Below are positions 30,384 through 40,517 of a DNA stretch of 64,000 nt, one piece after another (within the stretch, counting starts at the first letter, position 1; each line of letters starts with the position of its first letter). A program made the position numbers and the translations under genes. Source of the DNA: a virus; IMG/VR virus record IMGVR_UViG_3300027861_000011, positions 32,001-96,000 of that record, one strand, 5' to 3'. A model generated the notes under the pieces. That model saw nothing but the letters and a program-made list of their open reading frames with translations, ran no database searches and was not told the origin of the DNA.

Positions 30384-32525
30384 ATGAGTTATACACCACC
30401 ATTAGACGCTGAAGTAACAGCATTCAAAACAACAGCACTGTTAGCAAGTGGGGCAACTTACACCTCATCCGTAGATTGGGATGGGAATGTAGATGGGTAT
30501 TCACAAGTTCAAACAGAAATATTGTCGTCACACGATGGGACAATTGCTATTGATTTTTGTGAAGATGCGGCATTTACTGATGTAGTTAGAAGTTTATCAA
30601 TACCCTATGTAGGTGCAAATGGTTATCAGTTTTTTGCAGCACCCGCTTTTGGAAATTATATAAAGTATGAGTTTACTAGTACAACAACTGGTATGACTGA
30701 TTTTTATTACACAACAAAACTTTTAACAACATCGATAAGTCCTCAATTACTTACAACGGATGCTTTTATTGCACCATCAATGGTAACTACTTTAGGTAGA
30801 AATATACAGGTTGGTACTAACCCTAGCGGCACATTCTCTAATGCAAAGGTTGATGGTGTTGGTTTTCAAACAACAGATAATTTAGTAACTGGTGCCACTT
30901 TTAGTTCTGATGTTATAGACGCACAAGGATATACGCAAGTACAAACACATATTGTAGCCGACCAAGATGGTACGTTAGGGTTTAAATTTTGTTCTACATC
31001 AGATTGTAGTGGAACTACTGTTGGTGTCGATGGGGTAGAAAGATATCTTTCCGTTCCATATACTTCTACCAACGGATTTCAACTCTTTGCAGCACCAGCA
31101 TTTACACCTTACGTTCAATACACTTTTGAAAATACAGGTACAGGGACAACAACACAATTATTTTATGAAACCAAATTATTAACTAAGGCTTTAAGTGGTC
31201 AATTATTGGGTCTTGATGCGTTCATATCTCCAGCGATGGTTGCTAACTTAGGTAGAAATGTTATTGTAGGAGAAAATGACGCTGGTAGTTTTAATAATGT
31301 TACATTAGATAATCAAAATCATTTGAAGGTTAATGTATCTAGCCCGAAAACATCGTATGAGGAATTGGTTATTGCAAATCTTACCCCACTTGCCCAAGTT
31401 ACGTTTCCATACAACATTAATTCTGATATTATTGAAACAACTTTATTAGGTTCGGGTACTGCAACACAGGACGATAATATGGCGGCTATCTCTACAAGTT
31501 CAGCAACAACTGCCACAGAGGGTGCCGCTATTGAAAGTATAAAAACCCTTACATTCAGAGCAGGTCAAGGTACATTAGTAAGGTTCTCATGTTTATTCAC
31601 AGATTTATCACCAAATGGCGCAACAAGTGTTCAAGGTGTTGGTGTTGGTGATTCTTCGGATGGTTATGGGTTTGCTTTTACAGGAGATTCGTTTGGAATC
31701 GATTATAGAACAAATGGGGTACAAACTCATATCCCACAAACGTCTTGGAATACAGATGTACTGGATGGAAGTGGTGGTTCGAACAACCCTTCGGGAATGT
31801 TATTAGACCCAACACAAGGAAATGTATACCAAATCTCTTATGGTAGTGGTTTTGGGTGTATTAATTTCTCAGTTGAATCACAAACAACTGGTGATATGGT
31901 GTTAGTACATATATTACGCTACGCTAATTTAAATATAGTGCCGTCAGCATATAACCCTACATTTCCTATGAGGGCAGAGGTTTTTAAAGATGGTACATCC
32001 GATAATGGTAATTATATTGTTAAGGTATCTGATATGAGTTCATTTATTGAGGGTAAAAATGTAATTACTGGACCACTTAATGCTCATTCAAATACATTAC
32101 TTACACAAGATGGTGATGGTGACCAAGAGTTTTTTACGTTATCTGGTAAAACCACATTTGCTGGTAAAGTGAATAAGGTTGAGTGTATATTAGAAACTAT
32201 TTCTGTTTCCCAGGATTCAAATGCTGGTGGAACATTATATGTTAGAGAAGATGCTACTGTAGCAAATCAGAACGCTTTTTCAGATATTTCAACAAATACT
32301 TCAGTAGTGGCAGTTGCTGATGGTGATGGTGTTGGTAATACTGTGAGTGGAGGAAAGTTGTTATGGGCTGGTGGAGTTGGGAAGGAAGCTGGTGCATCAT
32401 TTAATGTTCTAGATATTGGTATTAAATTAAGGCCTGGACATTCATTAACATTTAGTTTAGAGAAATTAGACTCAGCTAACGACAGAGAGAGTAACATTTC
32501 TGTTGTTTGGAAAGAAGATTTTTAA
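30384..32525 (+). CDS. beta-rich virion structural protein with a duplicated N-terminal domain
   Basis: Two GAT(Y/F)xS..GYxQVQT.I..xDGT..xFC..YxxxNG(Y/F)QxFAAPAF domains. Confidence 0.6.
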   Translation: MSYTPPLDAEVTAFKTTALLASGATYTSSVDWDGNVDGYSQVQTEILSSHDGTIAIDFCEDAAFTDVVRSLSIPYVGANGYQFFAAPAFGNYIKYEFTSTTTGMTDFYYTTKLLTTSISPQLLTTDAFIAPSMVTTLGRNIQVGTNPSGTFSNAKVDGVGFQTTDNLVTGATFSSDVIDAQGYTQVQTHIVADQDGTLGFKFCSTSDCSGTTVGVDGVERYLSVPYTSTNGFQLFAAPAFTPYVQYTFENTGTGTTTQLFYETKLLTKALSGQLLGLDAFISPAMVANLGRNVIVGENDAGSFNNVTLDNQNHLKVNVSSPKTSYEELVIANLTPLAQVTFPYNINSDIIETTLLGSGTATQDDNMAAISTSSATTATEGAAIESIKTLTFRAGQGTLVRFSCLFTDLSPNGATSVQGVGVGDSSDGYGFAFTGDSFGIDYRTNGVQTHIPQTSWNTDVLDGSGGSNNPSGMLLDPTQGNVYQISYGSGFGCINFSVESQTTGDMVLVHILRYANLNIVPSAYNPTFPMRAEVFKDGTSDNGNYIVKVSDMSSFIEGKNVITGPLNAHSNTLLTQDGDGDQEFFTLSGKTTFAGKVNKVECILETISVSQDSNAGGTLYVREDATVANQNAFSDISTNTSVVAVADGDGVGNTVSGGKLLWAGGVGKEAGASFNVLDIGIKLRPGHSLTFSLEKLDSANDRESNISVVWKEDF

Positions 32526-32539
32526 TATATGTGTGTGGT

Positions 32540-32680
32540 TTAATTAACCTCATCACCATAGATGTCTTTTTTAATTATACATCTTTCTTTTATGAGTTTT
32601 TCCACGTAGGCAAACATCTTTAACCCATTCTTTTCACAATACTCTTTTAATAGTTTATGTGTTTGTGGTGTTATTTTTAT
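32540..32680 (-). pseudogene. 5'-truncated copy of the small RHH-like gene
   Basis: IKITPQTHKLLKEYCEKNGLKMFAYVEKLIKERCIIKKDIYGDEVN*; preceded in frame by TAG with no ATG. Confidence 0.7.
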
Positions 32681-32759
32681 CTATAGTATATTAAAATAGA
32701 TATATAATTTATATAATAAACCGAATTATTTAAGTATTTATAAGTAGTTACTTAGGTAT

Positions 32760-33770
32760 ATGAATAATAAAAAAAAACGTTGTATCGTTATTTCTGGAGG
32801 TGGGGCAAAGGGAGCTTTTGCTGGTGGAATAGTTGAATATCTTACTTTAGTGGAGAAACGGGATTATGATATGTATGTTTCTTCCTCCACTGGAACATTA
32901 GTGCAATTACTATCATCAACTGGGGATATACAAAAATTAAAGGAGGGTTATACAACGGTCACTAATAAGGACATATGGAAGATAAATCCATTTAAAGTTA
33001 CCAACAATAAAAATGGTAAAATTAAAGCTGAGATAAATTGGTGGAGTGTTATTAAGAATTTATTACCAAGATATAGATTAAAAAAAAGTGAAGGTTTTCC
33101 TTGGGTTAATATTGTTAATACTAAGGTTTCTATTTCTTTTGGTGATTCAAGTAATCTACTTGGGTTGATTAAAAGATTTATGAGTCAAAAGGAATACCTT
33201 AGAGTTAAAGAAGAATTAAATAAAGAATTAATTGTTTGCGTTGTTAATGCAACTCTTAAGAAGGTTGAATATAAATCTTCTAACGATTGGGGTTATGATG
33301 ATTTCTGTGAATGGACACAAGCATCATGTAGTGCTTATCCATTTATGAGTCCAGTACTAAAAAATGAATATCAATATGTAGATGGTAGTATATTGGAGTC
33401 AACTCCAATTCAAGAAGCGATTAATAGAGGTGCTAAGGAAATCGATGTAATTATACTTAAAGAAGAGAACCCTAAATTCGAAGTAGAATATATAAGAAAT
33501 TTAATTCATGGTATACTTACTGAAATTGATATTATGCATAATGAGTTATCAAAGGGTTCTGTTCAAATAGCTAAATTAAAAGTTAAGGATGAGGAAATAA
33601 TACTTAATTTTTATTACACACCTAGAAAATTAACTAATAATAGTCTTGTATTTGATAAGGACATTATGACTGAGTGGTGGAAAGAAGGTTATGAATATGC
33701 TAAGACAAGGGAATTTAAATCATATAAGATAATTAAGGGTAGAAAAGCTAAGTTAATCAATAAGGTTTAG
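32760..33770 (+). CDS. patatin-like phospholipase
   Basis: ISGGGAKGAF oxyanion loop, SSSTG (GxSxG variant), YVDGS (DGx variant). Confidence 0.85.
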   Translation: MNNKKKRCIVISGGGAKGAFAGGIVEYLTLVEKRDYDMYVSSSTGTLVQLLSSTGDIQKLKEGYTTVTNKDIWKINPFKVTNNKNGKIKAEINWWSVIKNLLPRYRLKKSEGFPWVNIVNTKVSISFGDSSNLLGLIKRFMSQKEYLRVKEELNKELIVCVVNATLKKVEYKSSNDWGYDDFCEWTQASCSAYPFMSPVLKNEYQYVDGSILESTPIQEAINRGAKEIDVIILKEENPKFEVEYIRNLIHGILTEIDIMHNELSKGSVQIAKLKVKDEEIILNFYYTPRKLTNNSLVFDKDIMTEWWKEGYEYAKTREFKSYKIIKGRKAKLINKV

Positions 33771-33919
33771 TTATCACCATATATATCTTTAGGCTTTTTA
33801 CACTTATCTTTAATTAACTTCTCAACAAATGCAAACATCTTTAGACCATTATCTTCACAATAATCTTTTAATATTTTATGTGTTGTTGGTGTTATTTTAA
33901 GGTTTTTAGTACGTTTCAT
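33767..33919 (-). CDS. small ribbon-helix-helix-like DNA-binding protein, 50 aa (absent from ORF track)
   Basis: MKRTKNLKITPTTHKILKDYCEDNGLKMFAFVEKLIKDKCKKPKDIYGDN*: beta-strand then two helices. Confidence 0.75.
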   Translation of the reverse strand: MKRTKNLKITPTTHKILKDYCEDNGLKMFAFVEKLIKDKCKKPKDIYGDN

Positions 33920-33967
33920 CACTATTTATTATATAAGTATGTCGAAAGTAAGAAAAAAATCATACTA

Positions 33968-33991
33968 ATTATGGTGTATACACACCATAAT
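33968..33991. promoter_or_regulatory. 10-bp inverted repeat between the divergent RHH-like and sheath genes
   Basis: ATTATGGTGT-atac-ACACCATAAT. Confidence 0.5.
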
Positions 33992-34065
33992 AATTTCTTT
34001 TGTATTTTTCACGCATATTTATTATTAAACAAATTAAAATAATAACTTTTTAAAAAAATTAATAA

Positions 34066-36909
34066 ATGGCTGATAAAGTATTCGTGAGTCCTGGTGTGTA
34101 CACATCGGAAAATGACTTAACATTCGTAACACGTCAAGTTGGTGTAACTACACTTGGGCTTGTTGGAGAAACAACACAAGGACCAGCGTTCCAACCAATA
34201 TTCGTAAGTAATTACGATGAGTTCACATCATTCTTTGGTGGACAAAACGCAACAAAAATAAAAGATACAGGGGCACCTAAGTATGAATTACCATATATTG
34301 CTAAATCTTATCTATCACAATCAAACCAATTATACGTAAGTAGAGTTCTTGGTTTTTCTGGTTATGATGCTGGTTTATCTTGGGGTATTACGCTTGACGC
34401 TGCTTTAGATAGTTCAACAACTGGTGTAACTGGTGGAATTTCTTCTGCTTCTTTAATTGAATATACCGCAGATACCACTACTGGAGTACTTACAACTATT
34501 GTATCAAGTGACCCATTGGTTCAATCTCTTTGGGATGATGGACTACTTACAAGTGAATTAGCCTATTTAGGAACTGCTGCTACTGCTAGTACACCAACAA
34601 ATATTGGTGTTGTTTGGGATAAGACTGGTGACACATTTAGTGGTGCATCAATTTCACATTATGTAACTAATACAGGTACATTTGGTAGTTCAACAACTGG
34701 TGTTACGAGTGGTGTAACTGTTCATTATACTGGTACTGGGTATTCAGATACAGAAAATAAATTAGTTTCACTTTTAAGAAGTAGAGGTTCTTATGCTGGT
34801 GAGGAAGTAATTAACTTTGAAGTTACAGGTTCTACTGATATAGGATTTAGTTCTACATTAGTTGATGCTGAAACAAACGGTAAAGGTACTTTCGGTATTA
34901 CTGGAACATCAACTGCAAGTGGAGCATTTAGTTATTCATTATCATTTGATAAGACTAAAAAGAATTATCTTACTAGAGTACTTGGTAGATATGCTGATGA
35001 CGGTAAGACTGCATTATTCGTTGAAGAATTATTTGATGGGATGTTTGAAGATTTATACGATGCTGATAAAATTAGAGGTATAAATATTGATTCACTTATT
35101 GATTATGATAATGACTTCGATAATTATAGACAGGAATATCAACCAGCAGTAACTCCATGGGTTGTTTCTGAACTTAGAGGTACAAACCTTTTAAGACTTT
35201 TCAGACTCCATACAATTTCTGATGGTAATGCTGCTAATAGTCAATTTAAAATATCTATACAAAATATTAAAATAACAGATAAAGAATTTGATGTTGTTAT
35301 AAGGTCATACTATGATAGTGATGCTAAACCAGTTATTCTTGAGAGATTCTCAAGATGTGACATGAACCCAACATCTAAAAACTTCGTTGGTAAGAGAATC
35401 GGTACAACTTCTGGTGAATTTGCTTCTAAATCTAACTTTGTATTAGTTGAGTTGGAAGAGGAGTCAGATACTTCGGATTCGTTTCCAGCTGGATTCTTAG
35501 GATTCCCAGTTAGAGATTACCAAGCGTTTAACAATGTAACGGTACAAGACCCAACAATTGAATATAAACAAACATATGGTGAATTCGAGAACAAGCGTAA
35601 ATTCTATTTAGGTCTTTCTGCTACTAAAGGTATTGACCAGGATTTCTTTGATTATAAAGGTGTACCAGAAAATGATGAGTTAAGTATGTGGACTGGTTTA
35701 ACTAATGGTTTCCACATGGATAAAGATGCAACTGGAGCAACAATTGATAATGTTGAAATAATTATCAACAATACAGGTGGTACTTATTCTCCAATTTTCT
35801 TATTTGATGTAGGAAATGCTGAATTTAGAACTGAAGCTGATGTTCAAGGTACTGATTATGAAAAAGTTTATGCTAGAAAATTCACATTCGCACCTTATGG
35901 TGGTTATGATGGATGGGATATTTATAGAACTGAAAGAACAAATGACGATAAATACTTAATTAACGGTACTAAAGGTCAATTAGGTCTTTTGACTGGTTCA
36001 TTCTCTAATAGAGCACTTTCTAATGGTGATAATGGTATTAATTCAGATTATTATGCTTACTTAGAAGCAATTTGGACATTCCAAAATCCAGAAGCAACAA
36101 ATATTAACGTATTCGCTACTCCTGGTATTGATACATTTAATAATTCTAACTTAATAGAGGAAGCTATTGAAATGGTAGAGCAAGATAGAGCTGATTCGCT
36201 TTATATTGTAACTACACCAGATACAGATGCTTCTGGAGATGTACTTTTAGCTGAAGATGTGATTGACCAATTAGATGGTGAATTTGATTCTAACTATACA
36301 GCTACATACTGGCCTTGGATTCAAATTAATGATGCTGAGAATAATCTTTATATCTACGTTCCACCTACAAGAGATGTTGTAAGGAACATTGCACTTACAG
36401 ATAATATTTCTTTCCCATGGTTCGCAGTAGCGGGTGTGCAAAGAGGTGATGTTAATGCAATTAAAGCTAGAAAGAAACTTACACAAACTGAAAGAGATAC
36501 ACTTTACGATGGTAGAGTTAACCCAATCGCAACTTTCGCTTCAGAAGGTATTAAGATTTGGGGTAACAAAACACTTCAAGTTAAAGATACTGCTCTTAAT
36601 AGAATTAACGTTAGAAGACTTTTATTACAGTCAAGAAAACTTATTTCTGCTGTTTCTATTAGATTATTATTCGAGCAAAATGATGATATCGTAAGAAACC
36701 AATTCTTATCACTTGTTAATCCTATCTTAGATAATATTAGAAGTGAAAGAGGTCTTACAGATTTCAGAGTTGTTTTAGATAGTGACCCAGAATCAATAGA
36801 TAGAAACGAACTTTGTGGTAGAATATTCCTTAAACCAACAAGAGCGTTAGAGTTTATTTGTGTTGAGTTCAATATAATGAACACTGGAGCAAGCTTCGAT
36901 GATATTTAA
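34066..36909 (+). CDS. contractile tail sheath protein
   Basis: FVSPGVYTSEND N-terminus; YTATYWPW, FPWFAVAGVQRG, IWGNKTL, RINVRRLL, PTRALEFI. Confidence 0.95.
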   Translation: MADKVFVSPGVYTSENDLTFVTRQVGVTTLGLVGETTQGPAFQPIFVSNYDEFTSFFGGQNATKIKDTGAPKYELPYIAKSYLSQSNQLYVSRVLGFSGYDAGLSWGITLDAALDSSTTGVTGGISSASLIEYTADTTTGVLTTIVSSDPLVQSLWDDGLLTSELAYLGTAATASTPTNIGVVWDKTGDTFSGASISHYVTNTGTFGSSTTGVTSGVTVHYTGTGYSDTENKLVSLLRSRGSYAGEEVINFEVTGSTDIGFSSTLVDAETNGKGTFGITGTSTASGAFSYSLSFDKTKKNYLTRVLGRYADDGKTALFVEELFDGMFEDLYDADKIRGINIDSLIDYDNDFDNYRQEYQPAVTPWVVSELRGTNLLRLFRLHTISDGNAANSQFKISIQNIKITDKEFDVVIRSYYDSDAKPVILERFSRCDMNPTSKNFVGKRIGTTSGEFASKSNFVLVELEEESDTSDSFPAGFLGFPVRDYQAFNNVTVQDPTIEYKQTYGEFENKRKFYLGLSATKGIDQDFFDYKGVPENDELSMWTGLTNGFHMDKDATGATIDNVEIIINNTGGTYSPIFLFDVGNAEFRTEADVQGTDYEKVYARKFTFAPYGGYDGWDIYRTERTNDDKYLINGTKGQLGLLTGSFSNRALSNGDNGINSDYYAYLEAIWTFQNPEATNINVFATPGIDTFNNSNLIEEAIEMVEQDRADSLYIVTTPDTDASGDVLLAEDVIDQLDGEFDSNYTATYWPWIQINDAENNLYIYVPPTRDVVRNIALTDNISFPWFAVAGVQRGDVNAIKARKKLTQTERDTLYDGRVNPIATFASEGIKIWGNKTLQVKDTALNRINVRRLLLQSRKLISAVSIRLLFEQNDDIVRNQFLSLVNPILDNIRSERGLTDFRVVLDSDPESIDRNELCGRIFLKPTRALEFICVEFNIMNTGASFDDI

Positions 36910-36934
36910 ATCGATATAACTTATAAAATCAATT

Positions 36935-36958
36935 AAGTCCCTTCTAAGGGACTTTTTT
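36935..36958 (+). terminator. intrinsic terminator after the sheath gene
   Basis: AAGTCCCT-tcta-AGGGACTT followed by a T run. Confidence 0.85.
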
Positions 36959-36992
36959 GTTTTTTATGAGTATTTATATATAAACAAATAGT

Positions 36993-38105
36993 ATGGCTAA
37001 GAAACTAAAGATAAATGAGCAACAGTTAAGTGTTATCGTTGAATATATTAAAACAGGTGATGTAAAGCCTATTATAAAGGAAGAGCTATTAGAAGAGGGG
37101 AAATTAGCTAACTGGATGATGGCTGGTCTTGCTACATTAGCTAGTATGGGTGGTTCCGTACAAGCTCAAAGTGAAATAGATAATAGTGGTATTAATAATG
37201 TAGAAGCTTTAATATCGCAAGCACAAAAAGTTTCTAATGAATTAAAAAGTGATGGTGATAAGGCTAAATTATTTAGAGATGCGGCCAAAGAACTTAATAT
37301 TCAGAATATTGAAGATTTAAAACAAATAAACCCAAAAGATGATAAGATAATAAAATTATTTAAAACTAAAAATCTTAAGACTGCTGACAGTAAGGTAAAA
37401 CGAGGTGGGGTTGTAACGAGTATAGAGATTACTAGGGATACTACCTTTAGAGAGTTACCAGCACCGTTAATAGTTGATTCAACAATGGAAACTAATTTAA
37501 CTGGTAACTTATTTGTTACGGGTGCTTTTGACTTAAATGAAGATGTTGCTGAAGAATTAGCTACCTCATTAGAGGCAATTAAAATGCAAAATGGTACACT
37601 TAAAAATGTAAAGATTCATTCATCAACGGATAAAGAACCAATTAGTGATGAGTTATCAATAAGACTTGTTTCTGGTGGCTATACTGGTGATAATGAAGGT
37701 CTTTCTAAAGCTAGGAAAGATGGTATTTATAATTACTTAGTTAAAAAATTAGGAATAGATTCATCATTAATTAAATTAGATATACAATGGGAACAAGGTC
37801 CAGATGTATATTCATCATCAATGAGTAGTGCTGATAGAGCGTCAGCAAGAGATTTAGAAGGTACTAGTGAGGCTAGGGAAGTAGGTGTTACATGGGGTGC
37901 TACTTTTATAGTACAAGGTGATGACAATGATAAAGTTTATGATGTAACAGTTAGTGTATTAATTGGTATTAGTAGTGTTGAGACTCCACTTAAGGGTGGT
38001 TATAAACCAACTAAGAGTGGTAAAGGAAAAATGACAATTATGAAGATTGTTCCAGGTATGAAAAAATTGAAGTGTGATAATAAAAAATGTTTCTTCACTA
38101 ACTAA
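36993..38105 (+). CDS. hypothetical protein with a divergent OmpA-C-like domain
   Basis: FVTGAFDL...KIHSSTD...NEGLSKARKDGIYNYL; TATTTATA at 36971. Confidence 0.5.
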   Translation: MAKKLKINEQQLSVIVEYIKTGDVKPIIKEELLEEGKLANWMMAGLATLASMGGSVQAQSEIDNSGINNVEALISQAQKVSNELKSDGDKAKLFRDAAKELNIQNIEDLKQINPKDDKIIKLFKTKNLKTADSKVKRGGVVTSIEITRDTTFRELPAPLIVDSTMETNLTGNLFVTGAFDLNEDVAEELATSLEAIKMQNGTLKNVKIHSSTDKEPISDELSIRLVSGGYTGDNEGLSKARKDGIYNYLVKKLGIDSSLIKLDIQWEQGPDVYSSSMSSADRASARDLEGTSEAREVGVTWGATFIVQGDDNDKVYDVTVSVLIGISSVETPLKGGYKPTKSGKGKMTIMKIVPGMKKLKCDNKKCFFTN

Positions 38106-38776
38106 TTAGCGAAATTTTGTACACACACTCCACCTACAACTGATACAGAAATGAATCTAATATTATTATTTAAAAGATTTTTTCTGTGACCTCTATTTTG
38201 TATACCAGCATCAACTAAGAGTGATAATATAAGTGGTATTGGGTCATCCTTTGTGAATGTTCCAACAGAAACTAAATTTTCAGATACATTTAGATTAAAT
38301 AATTTAAATCTATCACTAGCTCGATTACCATTATAATCATAGTGACTAATCTTATTAGTATTATATAAGTATTCTGCATGCCCTTTAGTTATTGTATACA
38401 TGTCATAGTTAAACGCTAAAGTATCTAATGGTGTTATACTGTTTAATATAATTATTAATTCTTTAGCGGCTTTAATTCGTTCTAATATTACATCTTTACC
38501 ACTTATAGTTTTTGAATTACTTGTTTTATTAGACTTAGTAACACTTCCAGATGTTGATTTAATTTTCATTTTACCAGAATTAATACGTTCAATAAAATTA
38601 TTATTAAATTTAATATATACCTCAACATGAGGTATGAATGACTTAGGATTAGACCGTAACTCATTTATTTCAGTAACCATACTTATTTCTAAGTTAGTTT
38701 GTGTGAAAGCTAAGGCTGATATAAACACTAATAAAATTACTGTTAAATTCTTCATAAATTTATAATTATAGTACAA
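38102..38776 (-). CDS. CAP (SCP/PR-1) domain protein with signal peptide; probable start 38755
   Basis: MKNLTVILLVFISALAFTQ; EINELR, HAEYL, SENL, GHRKNLLN. Confidence 0.8.
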   Translation of the reverse strand: MYYNYKFMKNLTVILLVFISALAFTQTNLEISMVTEINELRSNPKSFIPHVEVYIKFNNNFIERINSGKMKIKSTSGSVTKSNKTSNSKTISGKDVILERIKAAKELIIILNSITPLDTLAFNYDMYTITKGHAEYLYNTNKISHYDYNGNRASDRFKLFNLNVSENLVSVGTFTKDDPIPLILSLLVDAGIQNRGHRKNLLNNNIRFISVSVVGGVCVQNFAN

Positions 38777-38805
38777 ATGTACAAAAAAGTTTTCATTATA
38801 CCAAA
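38774..38805 (-). promoter_or_regulatory. Bacteroidota-type promoter of the CAP gene
   Basis: TTTG-N20-TACATTTG on the minus strand. Confidence 0.6.
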
Positions 38806-38811
38806 CATTTA

Positions 38812-40422
38812 TTACATTATTTTTTCATAAGTTATAGTACCACAATCATAAATTCTATAAATTTGTCGTTTAAGCATTATTTCATGTTCCGTTAATTTAG
38901 AGTCATAGCCATCACTAATTAGTATATCTTTTCTATATTTAAATCTATGTTCTCTCTTATTGTCAATTATGTAAAAATAATTAGGTTTTGAATTATTCAT
39001 ATACTTGAAATCTAATTTATCATATAAATTACCAGTGGACCATCTTCTGTCAGCGTAACTTATTATTCTAGTTGGGGTATATGTTTTAATAAAATATTTA
39101 AGTAATTTACTAGCACCACCTGTAACAGTTGTATTTAATTTATTACAGAACCTAATTAATTCATAATTATTATCTTTATGGTTCAACCCTAATACCTTCC
39201 TTAAATTACTAAAAGTCATTATGCTAACTAATTCATCATCGTAATATAGACCTATATTATATTTACTACCAACAGCACCTTGTATATGATTTTCATTAAG
39301 GAATATAGTTTTATCTTTTGTTTTAACTTCTTTTATCTCACATTTTCTACCATATATCCTTTCATCAGTTAACCCAAGTAAATTTTTAAGTCTTGATTTA
39401 ACTATATCTTGTTTATATAACCATTCATCTTCAAATATATGAATTAATTTAACATTAATATTATTACATAGTTCTGTTTTATTTAAATGATAACCATTAT
39501 CAACATACTTTTCAGAATGCCAATAAAGACCGTTAAACTCAATAGCTATATTTTTATCTGGAATATAAATATCTAACTCAAGAGGTGTGATAATATCTCT
39601 GGTATTACTTATTAAGTTTATACCAAGAGAGCTTATAAAATCAAAAACTTCAAGCTCACTTATAGATACCCCACTTTTTTTGGGGTGACATATCGTACAA
39701 GGGTTAGTTGTTATTTGGTATCTATGATATAGTACATTTCTGTTAATACTGTAATTATTATTACATAAACCACATTTTATTATAATATCATCTTTTATTA
39801 TATCTATTATATCTAACTCTTTATATTTTATAATAAAATCATTTTTTTTCTTATCATAACCTTTAACTCTATTCTTATTTATTAGTAATGGACTTGATAC
39901 ACCATACTTAGTAATATTAGTTTTTCGTATCTTATCCTTGACTGATGGTAATTTACTTATATGATTAATACCATGTTTATCAATAGTTTTTTCTTTGATA
40001 TATTCAGTATCCTTAAATATATTATCAACACCATATTTATTCAATGTAGTTTTCTTTATTTTATCTTTTACATCATCTGAATGTGATGGTGATACCCCAC
40101 CATATTTTTTTATATTAGTTTCCTTTACTAAATTAATATGTTTATCACTTTTATTAGTACAAGATATCGAGCAATATGTACCATAACCTTCTCTAAGTGA
40201 TTTTTTAAAGTTTAATTTAGTACCACATTCACATTGTGGTATGGAATTAATATCGTTAATATAATGCCATATTTTAACTTTAAATTGTATCGTAGATAAC
40301 TCACCATTACAGTAGTTAATAATACTATTATATAAGTTAATGTTATTATTGATAAGCCATTTTTCTCTAGTTCTATGACCAGATTTATTATCATCTATAA
40401 AATATTTTATTAAATTATTCAT
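38812..40422 (-). CDS. free-standing endonuclease: Zn/repeat N-terminus, Vsr/DUF559-like nuclease and GNAT-like C-terminus
   Basis: CECG, YCSISC, KYGVxN repeats, ELDIYIPDKNIAIEFNGLYWHS, ELIRFC...GGASKLLKYF...ISYADRRWS. Confidence 0.75.
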   Translation of the reverse strand: MNNLIKYFIDDNKSGHRTREKWLINNNINLYNSIINYCNGELSTIQFKVKIWHYINDINSIPQCECGTKLNFKKSLREGYGTYCSISCTNKSDKHINLVKETNIKKYGGVSPSHSDDVKDKIKKTTLNKYGVDNIFKDTEYIKEKTIDKHGINHISKLPSVKDKIRKTNITKYGVSSPLLINKNRVKGYDKKKNDFIIKYKELDIIDIIKDDIIIKCGLCNNNYSINRNVLYHRYQITTNPCTICHPKKSGVSISELEVFDFISSLGINLISNTRDIITPLELDIYIPDKNIAIEFNGLYWHSEKYVDNGYHLNKTELCNNINVKLIHIFEDEWLYKQDIVKSRLKNLLGLTDERIYGRKCEIKEVKTKDKTIFLNENHIQGAVGSKYNIGLYYDDELVSIMTFSNLRKVLGLNHKDNNYELIRFCNKLNTTVTGGASKLLKYFIKTYTPTRIISYADRRWSTGNLYDKLDFKYMNNSKPNYFYIIDNKREHRFKYRKDILISDGYDSKLTEHEIMLKRQIYRIYDCGTITYEKIM

Positions 40423-40517
40423 TTTTTTATAAAGTTAGATATTTATTATTAAAGTTAGATACATTTATCTAGCAAATATAATGATAAATATTAACAAAAA
40501 CAACAAAAACAACAATT

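Noticed and set aside
32681-32683. TAG reassignment suggested by the in-frame TAG before the RHH remnant
   Set aside because: No ATG upstream in that frame; TAG and TGA end normal-length genes elsewhere (16391, 41006, 62258, 23356), and very long ORFs are intact in code 11
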